Notes under the pieces: model-generated
Seen by the model: only the letters and a program-made list of their open reading frames with translations
Told to the model about the DNA's origin: nothing
The model's database searches: none
Shown here: positions 39,110 to 51,300 of the stretch, in pieces
Layout: every line of letters begins with the position of its first letter
Numbering within the stretch: the stretch's first letter is position 1
DNA from: Catajapyx aquilonaris
Taxonomy: Eukaryota
Direction of reading: 5' to 3'
Assembly (NCBI GenBank): GCA_000934665.2
Contig: JYFJ02000727.1
Span: forward strand, 1-64,000
DNA: 64,000 bases
Translations under genes and position numbers: made by a program

Positions 39110-42100
39110 CTACTGAACAAAAAAAGAAGAAGAGATAAGTGCATATAAAATTAGACTCTAAAGAAAATATTGCAACGCTGCATTTAAAAGGCACCTCTGT
39201 TTTGTTGTCTGTCCTTGGAGACGCTAGGAATGGGTGTGGGTTTTTTTGTGTGTGTGTGTTGTTTAACAAGGGAGGTTGTTGACTGGCATCAGCAGACCAA
39301 AGTCACGTAGCCATATAGTATACCCTAACAAATACACATATCGGAACTAGACTCTCGGGCGTCCCACTTGTTAGCTGCACGTGATAGGCTTGACATATAA
39401 TTACGCAAGTGATGACGCAGATTACCCTGCAAGAGGTCACAATGTCACACAATGTACTACTTCCTCTGCTACTATGATTTTGCGACTCAGGTACGGCCGG
39501 AAAAATGGTTTGTTCATTTTGGACAGACAATGTTCACGGATGAATGCTGTTTCGGAAATGCACCGTACACTAAAATAGACGTTATATCCATCTACACCCT
39601 CTCCCATACCAGCACATAAAAGTTGGGAATAACGGTGAGTTTGGCGTTGCCAAGTCCGTTACAGATACTGCGATTGCAATTAACAATGGCGCATTCAGAA
39701 TGGACCCAGTGTTTCATCGTAACTTTTGTGCACGTAGCGCTCCGCTTTCCAAAAGAGAGAAGGGCGTAGGGATACTGTACTGTACCTGCCCGCTTTAGAA
39801 ATTACCCACTTAATTGTTTTCTGACTTTGAGCGACGACGGTTTTGCATGCAAAGGCTTTGTTACTAACCCACTGCACACACTTCTCCCATTTTTTTTTGT
39901 AACAACACCATCACGCAACAATGTTGCTGAACCCTCGCTTCCAGAAAACCGCGAGGACGTTATATTTTTGGAATCGTTCTGATTTCTGAAACATGACGCT
40001 GAAAGAATAACATCACAAGCCCCCCTTTCTCCTTATATTGGGGTCAAGGTGGCACAAGGTTCTTCGTCCTTGTGCTGGCCATTCAGCTGTGCCACGGGCT
40101 AAAATTGGAGGTTATCGAGTCCATATATGGTGACCTCTATTACGTCTTCCTTCTTTCAATTCGTAATCACGCCCCACCTGGCAAACTATCAGGATGGCAT
40201 TTTCAGGCTTACGACAATTTTATGCTTCCTGTTGGGTCATTCAATTGCAGAGCTTCCTGAGGCCGCAATGAAGCAGAAATGCAGCCTGGAGCAAGACGGC
40301 CTGTGCTGCACTTGACTTTGGCCTGACCCACTTCCGTCTTCGCGATCAAGTGCTGACTCTCCAAAAAACCATCGGCCCCTATATGCACGGTAGCTGGCAC
40401 CAACACGCGGCCAGCTCGTGCTGGTGATGTGCTCTTCGGTTCCGGACCAGGCGCCAAAAAATCCATCGCCGAAGACGCTACCTGAGCGTCTCTGGCAGCG
40501 TGACCTTGCCTCGTGAAATCACCGGGCACCAGAAGTGTGTACGGAAAGAGGCGGTTACGTCACCAAGCGTGCAAGGCACTGCAAAGAAAACCTGCTTTCT
40601 TCCGTCTGGCCTCCTTTTCCCATTTTTACCATGGAGGACCAGTGAGGCGACAGACTGGAGCCCACAAGATCTCCTTTTTTTTCTCTCTTCGGCACACCAA
40701 GGTGCCATCCCCAGATCTACCAGGAAACACTGTGGCCATATCTGCTCATATCCGCACAAAAATGACGGTTGAATCATGGGCGTAGCATCAAGAAAATGAG
40801 GACAGGAAGAAGTGCATGTGCAATCAAAGAGGACACGCCTATGCACCGGAAGGAAGCCAAGACACGGTTGGATTCGGACATCCACCCATTTGGGAAAAGG
40901 GCGATACCCATCGGTCGTCTTAGCTCGTGGGAAAGTAGGTGAGTGACCATGTGAGGATGGAGCTTCAGGAAATGTTCCCTTCTTCGGCTTTGGTTTAATG
41001 GTCCAGCAAGCAACAATAGGGGCACCGCGCTTTATGCGTCTGGTCCACGCAACAGGTTCTGTGACAATGGCCACCGATTCTTGCAAGGTTTTACTCCGCC
41101 ATCTTCACTCACTGGGAATTCCTGGCTGCATTATTTTCGGGGGGAAAATACCTGTATTAAAAATGCCTCGCGTGATTGAAGCGCTCAGTTTTTCCTCCCC
41201 TCTTCTTCTCTCTCCCCTCGCCTGGTCATTAATTCAGGAATGCAGCTTCTCGTTGGGGCCTTTTTCCTCTCCCTCCGCTACATCTATCTGCAGAAGAGGC
41301 CTAGAGACATCTCTCAGATGGTACGCAGTTTCCCATGCAAGCTAACCAGGAGCAACTTGAGACGTCCTATATACCCCTCCTGTACAGATGGGATAGCCAA
41401 GGGCCTTCCACCCTCGCTCTCTTTTTATTGACAAGAAGCGCCTTCCCCCTTGACAAGCAGCCTAACCAAATGGAAGAATCCCCCTCTGGTTGTTACAGCC
41501 AACTGGAGGCTACCAAAAAAAGGAGACAGGCAGTGAAGATGTTAAACAAAAATGTCTTTGTTGCAGACTTCGATCGTGGCTGATTCTGAATGTTGCACAG
41601 CCTTTTTAGTATTAAAAAAAATCAGCAGGTCCTTTTCAAGCATCGTAAAATAAGTGCAATATGGGGGGAGAGTACTATACACTTCAGCCCCTTTAACCCT
41701 TCTGAGGCAATCTAGTGCTACAGTATCTCCCTGTAGGTCGTGCCCTTCAAGAGAGGGGTAAAAAAAATTAAGACTATTTTTAAAAAGCGTGTCAAGGAGT
41801 AGAGGGTATTGGATCGTCTTGAATGTAACCTTCATGGCCATATGGTTCCGGAGACTTTATGTTTGTAGCGCCATAGATGCATATGCTCTTTTGGGGTGCT
41901 TAATACGATCATAAAATGTTACACAACAGAATTATCGTAATATGTGCCATAAATACATGATACTGTACTATGCGCTAATGGAGGTTTCTTTGTGGTATCT
42001 TCCGGCAAACACTATAGATATTCAGAGTACCAGCTGGCTCTGAATTTTATATACGTGTGATAGGCTATAATAAACGTTCTCTATAATATCGGGTCACTCA

Positions 42101-42959
42101 GCACTACGAATGAATAAGAAGTCTTTGTGGCCTGATAATACCGTTGCCGGCACATAACAAAACCAGACTCGTGTTATATGTCACGATAAATGAGTCTATC
42201 CCACCCAGCTTTCTTGGCACACAGGCCAGGAGCGGATTACCCATATGGCCTCTTGGGCAGAGAGTACACTATGTGGACAGGTTTGCTATAATTGTATGCG
42301 GACGTATTGCTTATCACGTTTTGTTTACTGATGAAGTATGTGATAGCTGACTTTTCTCTTTGTATGAACTTGCTTCAGCATTGATAGCTAATAAATGATC
42401 CTGCTGACTACTTATGATTGACTTTCATTTCATCTGATGAGAAGGACAGCTATCATGGGTGCATCATCCATGTGCCGAGGGAGCCTAATCTGCTGGGATA
42501 AGAAACTGTCACGTTTTGAGGTAGACCATACAAGTCCGGGGACCTTTTGCTTATATGAAATGCCGTGGTCTTCCCAATTCTGCCCTTACTCGTTTAATAA
42601 CAGCAGCTGCGGGTTCATAAATAGTTTCAAAAACCACTGAAAACTTGCAATGTTCAGTAATTACCCACAACAATTACACCCGTGTTTAAACTTAGCCAAG
42701 TTTCCTTATTCCAAGAAGGGAATAAATTACACAGTAACTTCCTTAATGGCCCGCCTGACCACAATTATTATCATACATGGGCAGTGCTGGAGAACAACCC
42801 CTCGCGAAAAATTGGGCATACAATAGAGAGGGCTGTCTTTCCCACTGTCCCTTGCGTGCGAGGTGGGAATGGCTGAAAATTGGCAAGAGTGAACGTAAAA
42901 AAAGGAAACACGCACACATACACACACAATCCCCCTGGCATACACATACACACACCTAC

Positions 42960-43162
42960 CTTGAGGAACTGGTTGCGGCAGTATGTACATTTTCGAGGCA
43001 TGCATTGGGCAGAGGGCATCCAGCCTTGCTTGGGCTTGATCTCAACGCAGAAGATGTGTTGTCCCTCCTGAGCAATGGCGTTGGTCAGCGACAGAGGGAG
43101 AAGCGTGTAGTCGGGGTACATTGTTGCCCATCTGATACGCAGCCTCTTGTGCAGTCGATGTG
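42960..43162 (-). CDS. IPPK: IPPK coding exon 3
   Basis: ccttag|CA...AAG|gtaggt, 203 nt, phase 1 to 0. Encodes HRLHK...PDYT...CVEIKPKQGW...CTYCRNQFLK, with the EIKPK motif and CxxC. Confidence 0.95.
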
Positions 43163-45841
43163 CTAAGGAGGTCAAAGAGAGATGGACGCATATGATGATG
43201 GGCTTGAGAGGAACTTATTATGTGGCTGTCCTTGAGACAAATTATGTATCATACATGTTGCTCTGGACAAACACATCACCTTCAATAAGCTGCTCCTATA
43301 AAATCGACTTCAACTATAACAGATACATTTATCACACCAAGATGGCGCTCGCACCCATCAGAGCACCAAAATCAATGAACAGAGCAGCCATATAAGGAGC
43401 TGTTTCTTGGCAACGTGAAGCGAGAATAGGTGAGGGAAGTAATCCAATATAGGCAGTAGGTCTATGCATATAGACCGCAACTCTTAGGAATTGCACTTAA
43501 AGCTTGCATAGAAAAGTTGCTTCGGTGGCTAATAAAACTGGGCAACTCTGGAAAGTGAGAGGCAGCTCTAAGATTAATTGGTTCTCTTCCACATTGGCAA
43601 ATCATTACATGTGAATCCACATACAATTAGCATTTTACACGCAATTTAAAAGTAGACAAAAAATGGAAGGTACAAAGGTGGGATGGTGGAACAGCAATTC
43701 AAATTTATCTCGAGTAGGTCATTATTTAAATGTTCCTTGGTAAAGTCGTAATAGCTTCGTACACAGTTCGCTCGAGGTCATAAGCATAATTAAAACGTAC
43801 CGGTAATCGATCACAAGTCCCATTCTTTTATATAATGCATCGGCTGATTACTTGAGGCCCATCGACGCGCCTTACTTTTCCGCCACACACTTTCCATTAT
43901 GGAACCATATCCATGGGATCCTATTAGGCTTCCAACACGAAAAGAACATCATGAACGACAAAAACAAGCCACGCACATTTTCTTTCCCTCATCCTGTGCA
44001 TAGAAACAGGATTCATTAATTTCACTCAAGGGAAACCATGCCGAACGACACCTCATAATTCAGCCGCCCAAACAACATCCTCCAGGACATCCCAGTCGCT
44101 CTTCCTGCTACGGGCATATACACTTTTCACTTCTCTTTCTCTCTCCCTCTCTTTCTTTGAAAATCACCCATTTGTAACAATGATAATGATTGGTGTTATT
44201 CCTTCTGGCAGACTCCACGCACGCTACGAAATGTCAGCATTTAGCGTGGAAACTGTGTTGCGAAACACGCCTCTCCTTGTCCGCATAAGATAATAACTCC
44301 TGCTGCATATGCTGCTTCCTTCCAAGGATATCTGGACATCACGTTCGCCTCTCCCCGTTTTTATTTTTGCAAAGTGAGCCAGAACACAACGTGGCATCTG
44401 GAGTCTCGCCCAGTATCGGTCGCGGTCCCCTTGAAGCCAACAAACGACACGCCACCTCCGAGGTATACCAACCCCTTAAAAAACCTCCATATCACTAAAA
44501 ACGTGCTATTATTAGGGCTTGGCTATACTCGGCTATTACGGCAAAAGTGGCGCCCAACACGCTCGCGTCAATTCTACAGACGAAATATGCCTTTTCCACG
44601 AAACGTCCCAGAATACAGCGGTGTGCCCAACCTTACGTTCATGACAGTACATGTAATGCCCGAAGCTTTTTTTAGATTCTGGCTACGTGACTTGGTACAG
44701 CGGGTTTCGACATCGCACTGAGATCATGAATATGGTGACACTGTACGTAAAAAAGTGCCTCCATTCACCGCTGGTGATCCCAATTAAAAACAGAGCTTCT
44801 TGCCAGTATACGTCACATATAGCTGACGTCCGGTGCCGATAAGGATCTGAAGTCTTTCCAGAACGAGTTGAAGGGTAAACTGGTCCTAAATTACGCTCTC
44901 GGATGAAGAAACCTGCTAGAAAATCTCTACAAAGTGAGAGAAAAAAAAAGCATGGCTACGCTCCCGAGTTTATATAGCTGGCCTAAAAATGTTCAGAACA
45001 TTGCGCCATACCGTACTCTTCTTTTGTATAAGGAAAACCGTACGTGGGAAAAATTAATTGGTGCAGCCCCCTTATGAAATCCTGACCCTTTCCCGTCTGA
45101 TAAGAACAGCACGGGTTATCGACTTGGCCAACTTGCAATGACCACATAATTACCGACTTGTAATTCGTCATGCTCATTCTTTTGAAGTTATTTAGACAAA
45201 CTGGTTTCCTAGTGTAGGGCTGGCAATTCGCCACACATCATCCGGTCAGCTGTACCATCTGGCCTCCAGAAGTTTCCAGTTGGTCCAGGTCGGTATCAAA
45301 CACGAGGTTATGAGGAGGAGACCGTGGAAAGGGGCGGAGGGTAAAAAGAAAAATGCTAGTTTTCAATGACGCGAGCAGGTGCTGGCAGCAACAAAGGTTG
45401 AATTCATAATTACAACGTTAGTGGAATCCGGTCTATTGCAAGCAGCCTAAAACCTATGAGTCGAAAGGGAAACACGTATACCAGCTCAATTGCACTGCAA
45501 CCAACTCATTAGTCCCGATCTCAATTTCCTTATGGTAACTACGCCCTCAGCACCCTGCCTTTCAGTTCCGTCACGACCAGACGTTTCCCCTAGCACGTAT
45601 AAGGCATAGCTCAATTATCAGTCACCGTGTGCACTTCGTGACAAAAGTGTAATCTGAACAAGCAATTGGCACAACTCGAGGGCAGGGAAACCCGCGTAGG
45701 TGACAAGGAACGTACAGATGTCAAGTGGTAACTCGGTTATATGGCGAATGTGTCAGAGGGCATAACATCCTTTGGGACGAAAGTTTTGCTCGTGGATTCG
45801 CACTTACGGTCAAGGCCCATGTGAGTTTTGTAAAAAAGAGC

Positions 45842-45851
45842 GAGAGAGGGA

Positions 45852-45923
<72 letters not shown>
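45842..45923. repeat. (GA)n microsatellite
   Basis: About 80 bp of GA repeat, seen directly. Confidence 0.98.
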
Positions 45924-45926
<3 letters not shown>

Positions 45927-47509
45927 TGAAACTGTTGCCTGTCTGCTGGTGTAAATATTTTATTCGAGAGACACGCTCATTACGCCCCCTATGCAAATAT
46001 TTCAGTTGCGCATGCTGCTTTCCTTACACGCAAATTGTCAAAAAACTCGCAAAGTCAATAGCACCTGCCGATTTTTTGTTCAGAGGACTACAATTCACTG
46101 GAGAGAAAACGGAGTGCTGTCACCTCGACATCAGAAGCGCCTTTCACCGAGACCCACCCCAGCAGCAAGCGACCCGGCCCCTTCTCTTTCTCCTTGCACT
46201 TATTACTCAGTCACAGGTCAATATCACGCCGTCTTAAACCCCGTTTCCTCACCCACGTCGTGTCCTCCAAGACTCGCTCCATTACCAAGTCGAGCAAAAA
46301 GGGGAACATCGGCACTTGTACCTTCGCCATTTTTGTCACGCGGCAATGACAATCCATTTGGTCCCATCAGGTCTGACACTGCAGGTGAAGCGAAACATAC
46401 TGTGGCGCAGTCACCACGCCCATTCCTCTGACCATCCATTGCTTTGACATTTTCGCCCACAAAGAAATCAGAAAATAAATGATGGCAGGCTTTGAAAGCT
46501 AAGGAGCTTCGAACTAACACACGCACCTCTTCGTGGCGGCTCTTGCTTGCCTGTATGTAAATCAAGTGGTTTCATTTATTATGTCGAAAGAGGCCACGCT
46601 CTGGATGAAGCACATGAGATATTCTACTCTGTACAGCACCTTTCGAGCAGCACTTTTGAAATACTTTAGCATACTGCATGTTCACACATGATGGAGGAAG
46701 CAACCAAATTTTCTATTCAAGTTCTGGAACAATATTTTTACAACAGGCGTGTATTTGTGAACCACGAAGAGCAGTTTAATATTGACAATCCCAATGCTGC
46801 CATCATGCGGTAAAGACCAGCAAGTTGTTTCAGTGTCTCTACGGATGGATTTAAAATATGCACATGAGGTGTGACAAATGCGGAGTAAGTGGAGAAAATC
46901 CTGAAGTGTCGCTTTGCATATGAAGTTAAACGTTCCAGGCCCTACTTTCTCTCCTCCCTGCGAGGGAGATATTTACACACATATTGTTCAACGTCCGTAT
47001 ACATAACGACCATGTTACGTACATATTGCAGCAAAATTTGCATACGGGCCATCTCGCCTGTTGCATAGCTCACCTTTACAACACATCCGATCGACAGAGG
47101 GTACTTTACAGCCGAGTGCGGTCTACCTTCAACCTGCACACACAATTTGCAGTTTTATTGACACATTTCACTCCTCTGTGACGGGTGTCCAGCTGGTGGC
47201 GCCTGCACCGAGTTGTCTCCTATAGTCGCTCTTGCTTATGCAAAGTTCATTGCATGGTGTCAGAGTGCTGGTCCTTGCGTGTCCACACTCTAAATGAACG
47301 TCAATCTAACTTAATGCAACATGGCACGTCTGCAATCATACGCTTCACCACATGACTATAATGTCGCAGAGACTGATAGTAGTTCTGAATTTCAGTTTTC
47401 TCTCAGTCCCATATTTTTTTTACTGCACATTGCCCATACCCTGCCCTGGCTTTCATCCACCTGTTTCCCTGGAAGTGAACGGTAATCCTTAAGTTTCTGG
47501 ACTACTCAC

Positions 47510-47753
47510 CGGGTCGAAGTTTGAACAGGGCTTGGTCCAACTGGTGCACTTCCTGCGGATCTAAGCGCACGCTGGCAGCTCGCCCAACGTAGGCTTTCCC
47601 CAGGAGGGGGCCCATAACTTCGTTGCTGTAAGCCACTTCTCGCTCCAATTTGGTTCGCATTTGCTCCTCTTCCTTCTGCTGGATGCTGATGCTGCCAAAC
47701 ACCTCATCCTTCTCCACAACCAGGTGCTTCTGCAACCGGACGATTTTCCTCTC
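47510..47753 (-). CDS. IPPK: IPPK coding exon 2
   Basis: cgcag|GAG...CCC G|gtgagt, 244 nt, phase 0 to 1. Encodes ERKIVRLQK...VMGPLLGKAYVG...KLRP, with the RLxK and PLLG family motifs. Confidence 0.92.
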
Positions 47754-48198
47754 CTGCGATGTACAGGAGGAAACCGGTCAACTCTACGCGTAGCCTGAAA
47801 CTCGGGATAAATGCTCACAGTATAGCATCATTCAGTTAGTTGACAAACATATGTGGATCCTGCGGAACATTTATTCCCTGAGCCGGCAGGCAAATGGTTT
47901 TACTAACTGACACTCCCACTTTTCTGGGTCCGTTTGTGGCACAGCCTGTTGAAAGAAACCTCTCTGTGGTACAAGAGAGGGAACAAAAGAAATATAAGGA
48001 AGGAAAAAGAGATAGAAAAAAAGAGAAGAAGGGTGGGAGGGTGGGGTGGGGGTGGAAAGCGTATCCGTGGAAGGAGGGTAAGGCACAGGCAGGAGCCTTT
48101 GTTGGCCATTTCAATGAAAGTAGGCCCATGGGACTAATCGATGAGTTCGGCTTCGGCCAAAGTTACACCGGGATGTGTACAGAAACGTATATACTCAC

Positions 48199-48318
48199 AT
48201 CTGGTACGGCTATCACCAAGTTGGCATTTCCTTCCCCTCGGTACTTCCAGACTCGGTCCTTCAGGCTGATCTCCAGCTCTTGCCGCCGTTCGTTCTCATT
48301 GTTGCCTCGGACTATCAT
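48199..48318 (-). CDS. IPPK: IPPK coding exon 1 (from the in-exon ATG; exon acceptor at 48380)
   Basis: Encodes MIVRG...WKYRGEGNANLVIAVPD, which contains the Ipk1-family glycine-loop motif YxGEGNANxV. Acceptor tttcag at 48381, donor GAT|gtgagt, phase 0. The frame is open back to the acceptor, so the true start may lie further upstream. Confidence 0.9.
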
Positions 48319-51300
48319 GTCTTCAATGAAGGCCTGCAATCGCTTCAAGTAGTACCACGACACACGCTCTACTCTTGCATCTGAAACCAGGAGCGAAACA
48401 AGGGATGTGAGTGACGTGAGCGCAGCTGCTGATATAGGGAATGTGCAATCATGCTCTAGTCACTTCCGGGGGACCATGCAGATAACGAAGTTAAAACGAG
48501 TCGTCTTTATGGGCTGGGGAACTTTCAACGCAATGTGATTGTGCGTTAGAAGCAAGTAGGCGTAGGCCACATAAAACCATGCACTAATATTGATACTTCC
48601 TGGGAGTAAATCAGTCAACTGAACTATTCTGCAAAAACCGAGAGTGAAGTTGAAATTCAAATGTTTATTACAAGGAATAAGCTTCCACGGTATAAAGTAT
48701 AAAACAATATTATTGCAGAGTAGCATGGCATAATATTAAACCCCCTTATTGATTATACTCCATGAACTCAAATATTTTAAATGCTAAGCAGTAGCCACGT
48801 ATGTGCCCAGGTACCTGTTTCATATTCATTATTGTTGTATTTTACACCCTTCTTCATTATGTATAAAACTCGTCATTAATTGATAGTCTGCCAGGTTGAG
48901 TCTGACGTATGAATATTGGACTACCTTGGCACTGGTCACGTCCGCGGTTGCAATGATGTAATCTTCGTGACGAAATTTCATTGCGGTCATAATTATACAG
49001 CGTTAAAATTGGCTTATTTTTCTAGCTCGTTTCCTATCTGACCTCAGCTATGTGTCATCGCGGTGATAACAAACCTGAACAGGGTCAACAATTCTGCGTA
49101 AATATTTACCACAGAAATTGATAGCAGCCAAACAAGAAGTTGCAACCCCCCATCCATTGTGCCCCAGGAAAGGGTCGCCCAGTCCGTTTGCGACGAGACA
49201 TATTTCATATTCCGTTTTTTATTGCATAATGAACCCTCTAGGCCTACGTGCAGGTCGGCAGATAACTTGAGTACGTGCATAGATATGAACATTCGCATGA
49301 CTCGACACGATACTGAATTATCGCCTGGGGGTCACAGTGCTCGTTTTAGCAATGATAATGCATACCACGCAGTAGAATTTTCAACCGGGCTAGCAAAACG
49401 AATTCGAAGTCAGACTGCGATCTTTGCCGGCAGACAAAGGCTCACTCAGGCAGACACGCAGAGAGATTTGCATCCAAAAAGGAAGAATCATTCGAAGCTG
49501 AATCTGCTGGACGTCTTTCAGTGAAAGCCACAACGCAACTCGAAGAGAAGTGCAAATGACAGCCTGCGTGATGTTTCCTCGCAATTACTGCATGTGTACA
49601 AAGGGCTGGAACGCATCCGGATGTTTCCATTTGCGTGGCAGTCCCACTGTTGGACCACCGATGTGAATTCAACGCGGCTCAAGCGAGCCGTGTTTGTGTA
49701 GCCCGCCGCGGTACAAAGGCACCTCTTCCCTCACTCTACTGCCAATGTCAACAGCAGGATAATGGCGTTTCACCGCATCCTCGTTGTCTGCCCAATGAAT
49801 ACATTTATACTCTCTCCTCGAAACAACTCAAAAAAACAGTCCTTCCCATGCTTCTGATAGTTCAAACACTTGCATTCGGCGAAGATTTTGGCCTCGTTTC
49901 ATGACCCCTACGTATACGCTCTTTGTATGAATACCGCGAGCAATGAGATATAATAATAAAGTCCTAAATAACCCTAACAGGCAGGGTCCAGCCAGCCACC
50001 CATCATCCCACGCGGCTCATCATGCCCATAATTATGGGAAGGAACAAAACACTGACTAACAAATCTATGTTCAGCAACACGCCCTCGCCATACCAAGTCC
50101 TTCCCCGCAAGTATATCCAGTCGGTCAACGTTTCAACTCCGGATGTTGGCCTCGCACCAAAAGTCCAACGAACCTGTAACAAATTTTATTAGCGTTATTA
50201 CGAGTTGAGTCCCGGGCCGAGGATGCATCAAATCGTCGACGTAAAATAATTACTGGCGCTTTAGCCTACTTCAAGTGGACATGTAGCATTCCAGCTGTTG
50301 GCCATGTAACGCAGTCGAACGAGTAAAGTGAACGCGTTCAAGTTGCCTACTTCCATGTAGTTCACTGGCGTGCACGCGGTATTATAGTTGCGCTTCTCCT
50401 CAAAAAGTATCGACAACGACAAGTTCCAGCTTCCATCCAATAAATCGGCCTTTCAAGTCCTGTTAATTCCTACTAAATCCTGTTGCGCTCTCATAAAAGC
50501 CAGATAGTGCATGGCTCAGAAGGATTGAGGCTGACAACTCACATGTCATACAGTTTGTCTAAAATCCAAGGACTGCATTTTTATGTCCCAATGGTCACGT
50601 AGCCATCGAGCCACCGGTCACCGACCTCTTTAGCAATCATCTATAGGAAGAAGGGTAATCCTGTAATTTAATAGACCCGCGCTCTCATATTTGTAGCATG
50701 ATCTACACTACAACTTCCTTCGCTTCACGGACTGGCCAGCAGCATGCCTGACCTGCACAACGTGCGGTTGTGCAAGATAAGGAAGGAGAACAGGGTTAGT
50801 TGCTGGCTAGTGGAGTGGGTGGAATATTTCAAGTTGCTCTACCATCAGCAGCAGCCAGTCAGTAACCAGTGTCATAGAAAATCATCTTAGACAAACAAGA
50901 ACCGCCTAAAACAACACGAGTCACTTCCTTCTAAGGAAACTTCCTAAACCAAAAGGCGATAATCGGTACAGAGTAAGATTGGAAAGTCACCCACTAACAC
51001 GATTCAGAAACCAGTTGCATACACGACAGTAGGCTCGCTTGCTGAAGGCGGACCACGGGAGCCCATTTTGTAACGATTTTCGGGAAGACGGGATTCCGTA
51101 ATATCAGAGCAGACTGGACAAGTACCTGTGGGGAACTGTCCCGATTCAATATGAAACTAGAAGTAGCAGCTTCCAACAAAAACATTCGCGTCATCACTCA
51201 ACACGATAATGAGGTGTATACCAGGCCTCGAAATTCCATCGCAACAAAAGACATCTCATTGAAAGAGTCGAGAGGTCAGTCACTGAGCTCATCAATAATG

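Noticed and set aside
40209..41086. Longest ORF in the track (202 aa) and the overlapping 106-aa ORF
   Set aside because: No recognisable domain, composition looks like random translation, and the region is intronic.
45721..46237. RE-repeat and SL-repeat ORFs
   Set aside because: Artefacts of the (GA)n microsatellite.
47754..47794. Alternative acceptor tttcag at 47795 for IPPK exon 2
   Set aside because: It adds 41 nt and breaks the frame. The acceptor at 47754 restores the RLxK motif.
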